A stretch of DNA of 64,000 nt. Origin: a candidate division WWE3 bacterium (GTDB taxonomy: Bacteria; Patescibacteriota; WWE3; UBA101185; UBA10185). The DNA lies in contig WJKK01000001.1 in NCBI GenBank assembly GCA_014729135.1, positions 325,462 to 389,461 on the forward strand, given 5' to 3'. Numbering within the stretch: the stretch's first letter is position 1; each line of letters begins with the position of its first letter. Shown here piece by piece: positions 28,703 to 37,496 of this stretch. Position numbers and translations under genes: made by a program. Below the pieces are notes generated by a model, which was not told the DNA's origin, did not search any database, and worked only from the letters and a program-made list of their open reading frames with translations.

Positions 28703-29050
28703 TACAGGAAGTCATAAGCCGGATTCTGTACTAAGGAATCATCTATCTTAACTCCATCTTCGTGCCGTACCGCCAAAGACGGTTCGTCGGGTTAACTCAA
28801 CGGCAACTTCGTGGATTGCTGCAGGTGGGATTGCCCGTTTCACGCTTCAACCATATCCGAAGACTTAGGCCAAAGATCGTCTCTGTTGCTCTCAGAGCGC
28901 GTCAATTCGCCCTCTGTTCCTCCCTCGTTTCCAGGGGAAGACACCAGCGTTTATGAATTATACGTCGGGGGTTGCCCCCCATCCCTTTACCCTCTGCAGT
29001 CCGGACTTTCCTCCCCGCCATATAGGCAAGGCGATTCCTGACTTCCTGCA
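28703..29050 (-). ncRNA. rnpB: RNase P RNA, bacterial type A
   Basis: Minus-strand read gives GGGGAGGAAAGUCCGGACUG (P4 5' strand) and ACAGAAUCCGGCUUAUGAC (P4 3' strand). The P1 helix is 5' GCAGGAAGUCA pairing with 3' UGACUUCCUG. The region is GC-rich and the overlapping small ORFs on both strands are incoherent. Confidence 0.9.
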
Positions 29051-29056
29051 ACCCAT

Positions 29057-29084
29057 ATTCTACCATCAGTTTCTGTGATATCAT
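29057..29084 (-). promoter_or_regulatory. Candidate rnpB promoter: -10 TAGAAT, -35-like ATGATA, 16 nt spacer
   Basis: Minus-strand TAGAAT ends 7 nt before the predicted RNA 5' end. Confidence 0.4.
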
Positions 29085-29090
29085 AGCGAT

Positions 29091-30179
29091 ATGGAAAAAG
29101 AGGTGCAAAAAGAGCTTGATCCCAAAAAGTTTCATGTTCTGGATCAAACCAAGAAAAACATTCTTTTGGTGAGTTTAGCAGTTGTGGTTTTTGTTCTTAT
29201 GCCCTTTTTAACCTATTACTACATGAAATTTGCTGTAAATCGCCCCTCGCAAACTCCGGATGAGCACACCATTGAAATTAAATCGGGGTGGGGAGTTTCT
29301 AAGATTGCAGATGAACTTTACTCTGAAGACATAATAAATTCCGAATTTTTGTTCACGCTTTTCGTTTTGGTTAACAACTTAGAAGGTAATATTCAGGCCG
29401 GTGTTTATACTATTCCGGCGGGAACGTCTATTAAGGAGTTAGGTCAACTTTTGCAGCATGGAACTAAGGACGTGGCTATCACCCTTTTGGAGGGTTGGCG
29501 TGTGGAGCAGTTTGCTTTGGAGGCTTCGGAAATGTATGAAAATGTGAATTACGAGGATTTTGTGCATTTGGCGCAGGATGATGAGGGCTACCTTTTCCCC
29601 GATACTTACGTTTTTCCGTCTGATGTGACTACAGAGGTTATGGTGGAGCATTTAAAGGATACTTTTGAAACTAAAACTGCAGATGTTCTAACTCCGGAGG
29701 CACTTCAAAGAGCGGGTTTAACGGAGGATGAGGTTGTAATCATGGCTTCTATTGTGGAGCGTGAGGTAGCCGATCCCTACGATCGTCCTTTGGTAGCGGG
29801 AGTTTTAGTAAAGCGTTATAAGGATGATCAAACAATTGGAGCTGATGCTACTGTTCAGTACTATGCCTCATTGTTGCGTGTTGGTTGTACTTTAAATAGC
29901 GAAGCGGTTTGTCCTCATGAGGAAGTGGCTCGTGAAATTGACTGGTGGCCTTACAGCTTAACTTTGGAGGAGCTTGATTATGAATCGGATTACAACACTA
30001 GAAAATATGTAGGACTTCCTCCAGCGCCTATTTCCAGTGTGAGTGTTTCTGCTTTAGAGTCGGTTTTAAACTACAAGGAAACGTCCTACACTTATTATCT
30101 AACTGATAGAGAGGGCGTTACTCATTTTGCGGAAACACTGGAAGAGCACGAGAATAATATAAATCTTTACCTTCGCTAA
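29091..30179 (+). CDS. mltG: Endolytic murein transglycosylase MltG (YceG-like)
   Basis: N-terminal TM helix; YceG motifs GVYTIPAGTS and YLFPDTYVF. Confidence 0.8.
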   Translation: MEKEVQKELDPKKFHVLDQTKKNILLVSLAVVVFVLMPFLTYYYMKFAVNRPSQTPDEHTIEIKSGWGVSKIADELYSEDIINSEFLFTLFVLVNNLEGNIQAGVYTIPAGTSIKELGQLLQHGTKDVAITLLEGWRVEQFALEASEMYENVNYEDFVHLAQDDEGYLFPDTYVFPSDVTTEVMVEHLKDTFETKTADVLTPEALQRAGLTEDEVVIMASIVEREVADPYDRPLVAGVLVKRYKDDQTIGADATVQYYASLLRVGCTLNSEAVCPHEEVAREIDWWPYSLTLEELDYESDYNTRKYVGLPPAPISSVSVSALESVLNYKETSYTYYLTDREGVTHFAETLEEHENNINLYLR

Positions 30180-30231
30180 TTTACTCTTTAATAGGAAAGT
30201 GCAAGTCCCTTTTTTCAAATCCCTTCTAGAG

Positions 30232-30678
30232 TCACTTCCCACAAAGCAAAGAAGCCTCCAAAAGCTCACGTGTCACATAAATCCCTTCCCTTTTTAAAAC
30301 ACTACTCTCAATTTCTAAAGGAATATTTAATAAACGTGCCGTTAAAAACCCCGAAAAGAAACTGGTAATAATTTTTCTAGGTACAATAAACTTCCTGGCC
30401 TTAATAATAGCTCGATAAGAATTATCCGCCCGCCCTTTAGAAATCACAATCCTCTTGATCTTTTGCTTGTTAAAGTTTTCAAAGAAAGCCCGCAAACTTG
30501 TTAATCCAGTGTGCTCCTTTTTAATAAGCGCTTCAACCAAAACAACACTAACCTCTATAGCCAGAAGCTGCTTGGTCTGCTTACAAAAAAAGTACGCTTG
30601 AAAGGTTGTTTTGTCTTTTTTCTCTTCCGGAATTACGGCAAGAAAATCTACCTTTCTGGACATAGATTTATTGTACAA
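30232..30678 (-). CDS. Hypothetical protein, 148 aa, basic
   Basis: ORF only. Co-directional with, and 26 nt downstream of, the 648-aa membrane protein gene. Confidence 0.4.
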   Translation of the reverse strand: MYNKSMSRKVDFLAVIPEEKKDKTTFQAYFFCKQTKQLLAIEVSVVLVEALIKKEHTGLTSLRAFFENFNKQKIKRIVISKGRADNSYRAIIKARKFIVPRKIITSFFSGFLTARLLNIPLEIESSVLKREGIYVTRELLEASLLCGK

Positions 30679-30704
30679 AGCAATTATTAAAATTGTATTA
30701 AGAC

Positions 30705-32651
30705 TTATTGGGAAATTCGAGCACGTTTTTCTTTAATGAAGTTTCTCCACCCTTCCAGAAACTCTATGAATGTGGAGAAAGGCATGTCTACAAGTGTGGA
30801 AAAAAAGACACTTACAAAGTTAAATTCTTTCCATTTGTCGGAAAGCCAACCGCCAATTCTAGCTAAAGGAATTGAGAAGAAATCCAGTAAAAATTCTAAG
30901 ATGCTGGTGCGCTCTTTAATGGAAAGCTCCTTGGATTTTTGACGAATTACCATGGCTGCAAAAACTACAACGGCTACATTTACGGTGTCAATGTAGAGTG
31001 AAGTGAAGGGAACTCCGGCAACCTTGAAAACCCAATAGATTAGGTAAAGTGATCCAAATCCTCCCAGTAAGTACATTACGGTAAAGAAGAAATTCTGGAC
31101 TTTTTTAATCTTTTTACTAAGCTTAATCTTATATGTCTGACGCTCCCCTTCCTTATAAATTATCTTTTTAATCTCTTCTTGAACCCTCTGTAAGTTATCG
31201 TCAGCTGGAGGTCTAATTATGCTAACAAGGAAGAACATTAAGGCCGTAGGAATCATGATGTCTGCAAATACTGCCCAGGCTGAAAATTCTCCATAGAAAA
31301 ACATGGCTACGGGATACTCAAAGATAAATAAACTTGCCGCACCTGCCACAAAAATTGACAATGTCGAATAAAAAGCACTTCTATACAAGCGCTTTTTCAA
31401 TGTTGACAGACGCTTTTCATAGGTTTCTTTTACCACTTGGGCTACTTTTTCAGGCTTTGCCAAGAATTCTTCAAAAGGCGTATCTTCTGTTTTTTCCTTT
31501 TGGATTTGTTTCATGGCGTCTGAAAGAATTAGATAAGCAGCATCATATTTTTCGCAAAGAGCACTAAACTCCCCTCTTTTGGGGTGTTCTAAATCCGCTT
31601 TAGTACTTTGCCAAATAGATTCAATGTTTTCCGTAAACTCCTTAGTAAATTCCAAATTATTTTCTGCAAAAAGAGGATAGCGCTTTTTTAAGACATGAAA
31701 AGTAATTACAGGTTCGTCTAGGTTGTAAAGAGTCCTATGAACGGCAATATAAGTTTGAATGTATTTGTCTTCTTCTGACAGTTTTTCTTCAGGAATAAGC
31801 TTTAAGTTTCCATACATTGCTTCTGTCATGAATTCAAGCATTGCAATGCCTTTATACGGGTAATCAAGGATTTCCTCAATTTCACAAGCAGCCACTTCTA
31901 GGATCCAGTTATAAAATTGCACTTTTGTTTTTATGGCCAGGGCGCTTTCTTTAGCATAAGGGCTGTTTTTTAAGATGTGGATGTACTTTTTAAGAACCAT
32001 TTCTATTTCGTCTATTTTGTCTTCCGGGATTTTTCCGTTTTCAAAATAACCTGTTCTAATGATTTCCAAGGTCATAGGACGTGCTATTTTTGCAGGTTCT
32101 AAGTCGGGAAGTATTGTAATTTCCGAAATTTCTGAAATAAGTCTTCGCTTTAAGATTCTTTCAATGGCTGTCCTTCGAACTAGGTGCTCTTCTTTCCAGT
32201 CAATTACTCGACGCATTTTCTCATAAAGCTTTGCTATTTTTGAGGCTATTTCGTCAACGTGAATGGGATTTTCGGGAGTTTTTTGTTTTTGTTTAACTGC
32301 ATGTTTGTAGTCTTGCAGGTATTTTTGCATTGTAGGGGTAAATGCAGTGTTCTCCCTTTCTTCCTGGTTTTTAGTTGTTTTCTCTGTTGTAGGGGTAAAG
32401 GTAGTGCTCTCTTTTTCTTCGGTTGCTACTGTTGTTGGGGGCAAATCCCTGGTGGTTTCTTTGTTAACTTCGGTTTTTTTAGCTTCCGAGGTAGCTTTTT
32501 GATCGATTTTAGGATCATCTTGCTTAACAGGGCCTTTCTTTGGAGACGCTGAATTCACTCCATTTTTTTGCGCTTTAGAGGCACCTTCAGCACGCTCTTG
32601 GGGGTCTTTTTCCTTGTTGTTATCCTGGTCCAGATAAATTACTCCTTGCAT
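30705..32651 (-). CDS. Hypothetical membrane protein: disordered K/E/T-rich N-terminus, helical middle, multi-TM C-terminus
   Basis: ORF and hydropathy only. Confidence 0.45.
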   Translation of the reverse strand: MQGVIYLDQDNNKEKDPQERAEGASKAQKNGVNSASPKKGPVKQDDPKIDQKATSEAKKTEVNKETTRDLPPTTVATEEKESTTFTPTTEKTTKNQEERENTAFTPTMQKYLQDYKHAVKQKQKTPENPIHVDEIASKIAKLYEKMRRVIDWKEEHLVRRTAIERILKRRLISEISEITILPDLEPAKIARPMTLEIIRTGYFENGKIPEDKIDEIEMVLKKYIHILKNSPYAKESALAIKTKVQFYNWILEVAACEIEEILDYPYKGIAMLEFMTEAMYGNLKLIPEEKLSEEDKYIQTYIAVHRTLYNLDEPVITFHVLKKRYPLFAENNLEFTKEFTENIESIWQSTKADLEHPKRGEFSALCEKYDAAYLILSDAMKQIQKEKTEDTPFEEFLAKPEKVAQVVKETYEKRLSTLKKRLYRSAFYSTLSIFVAGAASLFIFEYPVAMFFYGEFSAWAVFADIMIPTALMFFLVSIIRPPADDNLQRVQEEIKKIIYKEGERQTYKIKLSKKIKKVQNFFFTVMYLLGGFGSLYLIYWVFKVAGVPFTSLYIDTVNVAVVVFAAMVIRQKSKELSIKERTSILEFLLDFFSIPLARIGGWLSDKWKEFNFVSVFFSTLVDMPFSTFIEFLEGWRNFIKEKRARISQ

Positions 32652-32695
32652 ATCAAACGCTATTATACCGTATTATAGGATATTTTTCGAATTTA

Positions 32696-33397
32696 ATGAC
32701 TCCATTGTATTATATATGTATGAAGTCATTTTCGGTTAAAATTTCGAATATTGAGCCGGTTACTCATGATGTTAAGCGTTTTGTTGTGGAAAAGCCGGCA
32801 GGTTTTAAGTTTGTTCCGGGGCAGGCAACGGAGGTTTCTATTAATTTGCCGGAATGGAGGGAAAAGAAGCGTCCTTTTACGTTTACAAGTTTAAATTCCG
32901 AAGAAGTTTTGGAGTTTGTTATTAAAGCGTATCCTTCTCATGAAGGGGTTACGCAAAAGTTGCATACTTTAGAGCCGGGGGCTGAGATTTTAATTGGTGA
33001 GCCTTGGGGTACGATTAATTATTCCGGTAAGGGGGTGTTTTTGGCTGGAGGGGCAGGAGTTACTCCGTTTATTGCGATTTTTCGGGATTTACACAAGAAG
33101 GGTCAGCTAGAAGGCAACAAACTTATTTTTTCTAATAAAACTGATAAAGATGTGATTTTAGAAAAGGAGTTACGGGAGTATTTTGGAGATGCTGCTACTT
33201 TTGTTTTAACTGATCAGGAAAATGTTGATGCTTCCAAATATGAAAAAGCTTATATTGACAAGGAATATCTGTCTTCAAAAATTTCGGATTTTTCACAAAA
33301 GTTTTATGTATGTGGTCCTCCCGGTTTTGTTAAGGCTATGCGTGGTTCTCTAACTGACTTAGGCGCCTCCTCTGATGAAGTAGTTTTTGAGAAGTAG
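32696..33397 (+). CDS. FNR-like FAD/NAD(P)-binding oxidoreductase (cytochrome-b5-reductase / flavodoxin-reductase fold)
   Basis: FAD-binding RPFTFTS (RxY[ST]), NAD-binding GGAGVTPF, and a C-terminal CGPPGF. Confidence 0.65.
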   Translation: MTPLYYICMKSFSVKISNIEPVTHDVKRFVVEKPAGFKFVPGQATEVSINLPEWREKKRPFTFTSLNSEEVLEFVIKAYPSHEGVTQKLHTLEPGAEILIGEPWGTINYSGKGVFLAGGAGVTPFIAIFRDLHKKGQLEGNKLIFSNKTDKDVILEKELREYFGDAATFVLTDQENVDASKYEKAYIDKEYLSSKISDFSQKFYVCGPPGFVKAMRGSLTDLGASSDEVVFEK

Positions 33398-33412
33398 TTT
33401 CAAAAACAATTT

Positions 33413-33925
33413 TTATAGTAAAGTTAGGCCTTTTACCATCTTTAGGATTTCCCGTATTTCCTGCTCTTCCTTTGAATCGATACTTTTCATATTGATAACC
33501 ACTTTTACTGAATATCCCCGCGGATTTACAGCATCTATATAGTATTTTTCTGTTCCACAGAAATCCTTTTGAGTTACGCTTTCTTGGCCTATCTGAAAAG
33601 TTCTTTCCATTGATTCTTGAGCTCCCATACAGCCCATACCCGTACTTGTATTGCTTAATTCTATTCTTGTTTCGCCTGCTTCATTTTTGAATTCTATTTT
33701 ACTTTTTTCGGATTCCCCTTCTTTTCTTACTGCTTTCCAATTAGATGGATATTTCAAACTAACTTGTTTTTCTTCCCACATGTACTGCTTCCATCCTCTT
33801 TTTAAGCCAAGTTTTGTAGATAGATCTTTGTTTCCTATGACGAATATGCCCAAAATAGCTACTGTGACGATGACGATAGCACCTAATTTTTTATTAATGT
33901 TTGCGGTTTTTTTGTTTTTACCCAT
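33413..33925 (-). CDS. Hypothetical membrane-anchored or secreted protein
   Basis: N-terminal TM or signal helix; no recognisable domain. Confidence 0.4.
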   Translation of the reverse strand: MGKNKKTANINKKLGAIVIVTVAILGIFVIGNKDLSTKLGLKRGWKQYMWEEKQVSLKYPSNWKAVRKEGESEKSKIEFKNEAGETRIELSNTSTGMGCMGAQESMERTFQIGQESVTQKDFCGTEKYYIDAVNPRGYSVKVVINMKSIDSKEEQEIREILKMVKGLTLL

Positions 33926-33981
33926 ATTTATTTTCCTTTAATTCTAAATTTTTATTATGCGTTACATTGTTTAGCTTTAGA

Positions 33982-34803
33982 TTAACAGCCCAATAATTCG
34001 TAATCAAAATCAATTATACAATCCTTATAAACATTCGTATTGCCGGGAGTCACTTTAATTGTTCCTTCTCTAAAGGTGCATCCACCTGAGTGACAGGATT
34101 GATAGAATTGTTCAAGCTCCTCGGAATAAAAGATGTTTTTGTAAGGACCTAATTCCTTTATCCCTACAGAGTCATTGTAATAATAGATCTCGGGATCTTC
34201 ACTGTTCTTCAAGTGCTGCGGTATTTTTTGTTCACATGTTTCCCCGGGAAGAAAATACTGGTCAGAGTCCTTTTCATAAATAAAGGTATAAGAGTCCAGA
34301 TTTGTAAAATAAACGTATAATAAATGCTTTGTTCCCTCTGCTCTAGGGTACATACTAGGAGCTCCCAAAAGAAGATGAAGTTTTTCAGCTTTAATGATTC
34401 TGCTTTCTGCATATCCCCAAGAAAGTTCGCCCTCTATTTGTATTGGAACGTTAAGATAACTGTTAGCGTTCTTGTTTAGATCTTCGGGGAGATAGACCTC
34501 TAGCTTATTTAGTTTTGTGTCCTTATTTCCGCTCGCTGTAATGGGTTGGATGGCTTTATTTAGATAAAGTTGATACCAATAGTCTCCTAGTTGGAGCTCT
34601 TCCGGGATCCGCTCTTTTTTTAGAATGCCAACAAAAACGGAATTTTCTTTAGAGATTTTTTCCTCTTCGTGTGTGTAATCTTTAAGTCGTTTCTCGCTAT
34701 ATTTTGAGTTTTTTGAAAGTAAAAAGAAGCTTCCTAACACCCCAGTTACCGCGATTATTGCGAAGAGAAAGCTTGGGAGGAGTTTTGACGGAAATAATTT
34801 CAT
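33982..34803 (-). CDS. Hypothetical secreted protein
   Basis: N-terminal signal/TM helix; Cys-containing C-terminal domain. Confidence 0.4.
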   Translation of the reverse strand: MKLFPSKLLPSFLFAIIAVTGVLGSFFLLSKNSKYSEKRLKDYTHEEEKISKENSVFVGILKKERIPEELQLGDYWYQLYLNKAIQPITASGNKDTKLNKLEVYLPEDLNKNANSYLNVPIQIEGELSWGYAESRIIKAEKLHLLLGAPSMYPRAEGTKHLLYVYFTNLDSYTFIYEKDSDQYFLPGETCEQKIPQHLKNSEDPEIYYYNDSVGIKELGPYKNIFYSEELEQFYQSCHSGGCTFREGTIKVTPGNTNVYKDCIIDFDYELLGC

Positions 34804-35104
34804 GTTTTATTTGAGAAGTTGTTTAAATAATAGCATGGGAGCCTTTCATCTCGATTTTAGCATGCTAAAACTGCGCACAGTTTTCTAGCTGACTTTGGGA
34901 GTCACTTCAGAAGGAGTGGTTTTTGAGAAGTAATCTCAAAAAATCGTTTGTTTTTGGAAAAGCATTTTTGTATTTTTATTTCCGTTAATTGACACTTTAT
35001 GTATATTATCCGAAATAAAAACCTGTTTTTTAGATGCTCCTTCTGTGCCAGATAACTAATGCGTTTTTTCCGGGCGTTTTTAGGAGATATGCTAAAATCC
35101 CCAC

Positions 35105-35431
35105 ATGAAAGAGAAAATAACATTTGACGAATTTTCAAAACTAGACATAAAAATAGGTCAAATAAAAGAAGCGGAACGTGTGCCGGAATCCGATAAACTT
35201 ATTAAATTGCAGGTAGATTTAGGTGAGGAGACAAGGCAAGTAGTAGCCGGTTTTGGTAAGTTTTTTCAGCCGGAAGAGCTTCTTGGTGTCCAGGTTCCTG
35301 TGGTTGTGAATATGTCTCCTGTGAAGCTTATGGGAGTGGAAAGCAATGGAATGGTTTTAGCAGTAGATCCGGGAGGTTTGGTTTTGTTAACTCCGGATGA
35401 GGATGTGCCCAATGGCTCTGTTGTGAGGTAG
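35105..35431 (+). CDS. tRNA-binding domain protein (CsaA/YgjH/MetG-C-terminal EMAP-like)
   Basis: FSKLDIKIGQIKEAERVPESDKLIKLQVDLGEE...NGMVLAV is a canonical OB-fold tRNA-binding domain. An extended -10 tgcTAAAAT lies upstream. Confidence 0.7.
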   Translation: MKEKITFDEFSKLDIKIGQIKEAERVPESDKLIKLQVDLGEETRQVVAGFGKFFQPEELLGVQVPVVVNMSPVKLMGVESNGMVLAVDPGGLVLLTPDEDVPNGSVVR

Positions 35432-35442
35432 TTGTGTTTGTT

Positions 35443-35634
35443 TTAGTAGCTTAGGACAAGTTGGATCATTTCTTTCAGCTGGATTTTCTCGCAATAATGG
35501 TTCCTGCCATCTTTTGTAAACGCAAAGTAACCTAGTTTACACTTGCCGTATCCACTGATATGAAATCCTAAGAAGAGAAATACTGACACCAAGATTAAGA
35601 AAATTTTTATGGTTTTTTGATTGAAAAACTTCAT
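35443..35634 (-). CDS. Small secreted hypothetical protein (63 aa)
   Basis: Signal-peptide-like N-terminus; weak call. Confidence 0.25.
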   Translation of the reverse strand: MKFFNQKTIKIFLILVSVFLFLGFHISGYGKCKLGYFAFTKDGRNHYCEKIQLKEMIQLVLSY

Positions 35635-35638
35635 GTTT

Positions 35639-36028
35639 TTATTTAAGTTTCTTTAGTTCTATTACAGCCTCCTCAACAGTATCTACTAAAGTTCCTGCTC
35701 TTCGTGGGAACTCTATAGACCATTTGGGCTCTCTTTCATCCGGCCAGATGATTATCAAAGTTTTGCACCTGTCGCCGGGGGTTTCTGTATTAAGGGCAAG
35801 GAAATATCCCACTTCAATCCAAGTTCCCTCTGAGGGTTTAGTTCCTGGATATGCTATTAGAATTTCCGAGTCATAAATAGCTTGCAAATCCTGTGGGAAG
35901 AAGGTGTCCGGAGAGGATTGATCTGAATCCGTGTCTGGGTCATAGAAGTCGAATCCTTGTATGTTTTCAAATTGTTTTCTCCAAGGGTCGTATTGGTTGG
36001 GTTGTCCTGCTAGATATACTTTTTTCAT
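35639..36028 (-). CDS. Nucleoside 2-deoxyribosyltransferase-like protein
   Basis: VYLAGQP N-terminus and TWIEVGYFLA (the glutamate-nucleophile region of the NDT fold). Confidence 0.5.
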   Translation of the reverse strand: MKKVYLAGQPNQYDPWRKQFENIQGFDFYDPDTDSDQSSPDTFFPQDLQAIYDSEILIAYPGTKPSEGTWIEVGYFLALNTETPGDRCKTLIIIWPDEREPKWSIEFPRRAGTLVDTVEEAVIELKKLK

Positions 36029-36248
36029 GAGGAAATTGTACCAGTTTTGCGGTTTTGGCTATTTTTAGATAGCTATTCGCAATTTTCTACATCTGTGTTT
36101 TTTATTTGCTTATCTAGAGTCATTACATATTTTGGTGGAGCAGCCGTTAAAAGAGTTTTTTTTGACCGGGTTCTATGGAAATTGGACATAGCGGACTCTG
36201 CTTGCAACTTTTTACAATTGTGCGGGTTGTGATGCTAAAATGTAGCTG

Positions 36249-37163
36249 ATGTCAGATACTACCATTACTCTCATAGTTCCTACGCATAACGAACAGGATT
36301 TAATATGTGAGCGCTCACTGAAGACCCTGTCCCAACAGGAGCTTGGGGATCTGCGGTTGAAGGTATTGGTTATTCCAAATGGTTGTCAAGATGCCACAGC
36401 CAAGAACGCACGAAATTTCATTTCTAAACAATCGAAGAAAAATATATCATGGCAAGTTGAGGAACTTGAGCTAGGTCACCGAACAAAATCATTGAATTAT
36501 GGTATTTCTCTTGCAGAGACGGACATCGTAATGTATTTAAATCCCGATTGCATATTAGAACCAAATGCGATTAAGACAATGTACGACTGCATTACCGGAT
36601 CAGACAAGCTGAATTATGTTGGGATGCTTGAAGAACCTGATCTTAGCTTTTTAAAGGAAGGAACAATGTTGTATAAAACCATCCAGCTTCTTGCATATAA
36701 CCGAAAAATATCCGGTACGCATCCTCCCTCCGGGCGTTTTATTGCCTTTAGAAAGGAGATATTTCCCAAATTTCCGGAAATCCATTCTGAAGATACCTGG
36801 GCAAGTTTGTATACATACAAAGAATACGGTCCTGAGTCACTTAAGGTTTTTATGGGGCAAACAGTGAAGTTTATTCCCTATACCAATTGGATAGATTTTA
36901 TGAAGGTGGGGTCTCGCTATATGGAGGGAACATACGAAGTTTTTGAGAGATTTCCCGGATATGAAGAGGTGGATAAAAAGAGGGCTGCTGAAGGTAAGTT
37001 GGATGATGAGACTAGGATGAGTCTAATTGCAGATTTCTGCACAAAAAATGACATTGATATGGAGTTTGTGCAAAATATCAAGAACGTAATTTTTCCCTTA
37101 GTTGTGGAAAATACTAAATTGGTAAGGCAACTTAGTGATTCGGGAACGTGGGAGTTGGTTTAG
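36249..37163 (+). CDS. Glycosyltransferase family 2
   Basis: LIVPTHNEQDLI N-terminus and GT-A fold DxD region. Confidence 0.7.
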   Translation: MSDTTITLIVPTHNEQDLICERSLKTLSQQELGDLRLKVLVIPNGCQDATAKNARNFISKQSKKNISWQVEELELGHRTKSLNYGISLAETDIVMYLNPDCILEPNAIKTMYDCITGSDKLNYVGMLEEPDLSFLKEGTMLYKTIQLLAYNRKISGTHPPSGRFIAFRKEIFPKFPEIHSEDTWASLYTYKEYGPESLKVFMGQTVKFIPYTNWIDFMKVGSRYMEGTYEVFERFPGYEEVDKKRAAEGKLDDETRMSLIADFCTKNDIDMEFVQNIKNVIFPLVVENTKLVRQLSDSGTWELV

Positions 37164-37345
37164 GAACCAGTTTGGGCTTATTTACTATTTGATTTTCGGA
37201 TTTTATTATCTATTATAACCGTATAGTCTCCTTTGAGCCGGGACTGTTTCAGGATGTTCGTTGTCCCCATTTATCCCATAACCATGGTCGGGGTGTTGGG
37301 TGGTGACTCATTCGAGCGCGTTTACGCCCTAACTATATCCTATAG

Positions 37346-37422
37346 TGGTCAGAGTGACTGGACTTGAACCAGCGGCCCCCACTACCCCATAGTGGTGCTC
37401 TATCCAACTGAGCTACACTCTG
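37346..37422 (-). tRNA. tRNA-Pro, anticodon GGG
   Basis: Minus-strand 77 nt folds as a cloverleaf: C1-G72 acceptor stem of 7 bp, U8, D-stem GCUC/GAGC with GG in the loop, anticodon stem CCACU/AGUGG, loop AU-GGG-GU with U33 and G37, T-loop UUCAAGU, encoded CCA. Confidence 0.9.
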
Positions 37423-37441
37423 CCAAATTTCTAACGCCGAA

Positions 37442-37447
37442 ATTATA
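37442..37447 (-). promoter_or_regulatory. Extended -10 (TGtTATAAT) for the tRNA-Pro gene
   Basis: A perfect TATAAT with upstream TG on the minus strand, 19 nt before the mature tRNA 5' end. Confidence 0.45.
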
Positions 37448-37460
37448 ACACAAAAAATTC

Positions 37461-37489
37461 TTGACGATTTCGGTTATTCTTCGTATACT
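37461..37489 (+). promoter_or_regulatory. Sigma70-like promoter: TTGACG, 17 nt spacer, TATACT
   Basis: The -10 ends 7 nt before ATG 37497 of the downstream gene, implying a leaderless transcript. Confidence 0.45.
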
Positions 37490-37496
37490 TGATTCA

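Noticed and set aside
28762-29147. ORF-track calls 28762..28956(+), 28811..29041(+) and 28902..29147(-)
   Set aside because: They overlap each other inside the RNase P RNA gene and have arbitrary low-complexity translations. The region is explained by rnpB.
34804-35104. ORF 34902..35138(-) and promoter-like TTGACA in the 300-nt divergent spacer
   Set aside because: The ORF overlaps the start of the plus-strand tRNA-binding gene and has no features. The TTGACA lacks a correctly spaced -10. Only the extended -10 tgcTAAAAT near 35090 looks meaningful.
36047-36232. ORF 36047..36232(+) in the divergent promoter region between the NDT-like and GT2 genes
   Set aside because: 61 aa with no motif and no RBS. 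It sits where two divergent promoters are expected.
37164-37345. A second tRNA or small RNA between the GT2 gene and tRNA-Pro
   Set aside because: Only a weak cccc/gggg pairing with a 24-nt loop is present and no cloverleaf could be folded. Probably just the GT2 3' UTR or terminator region.
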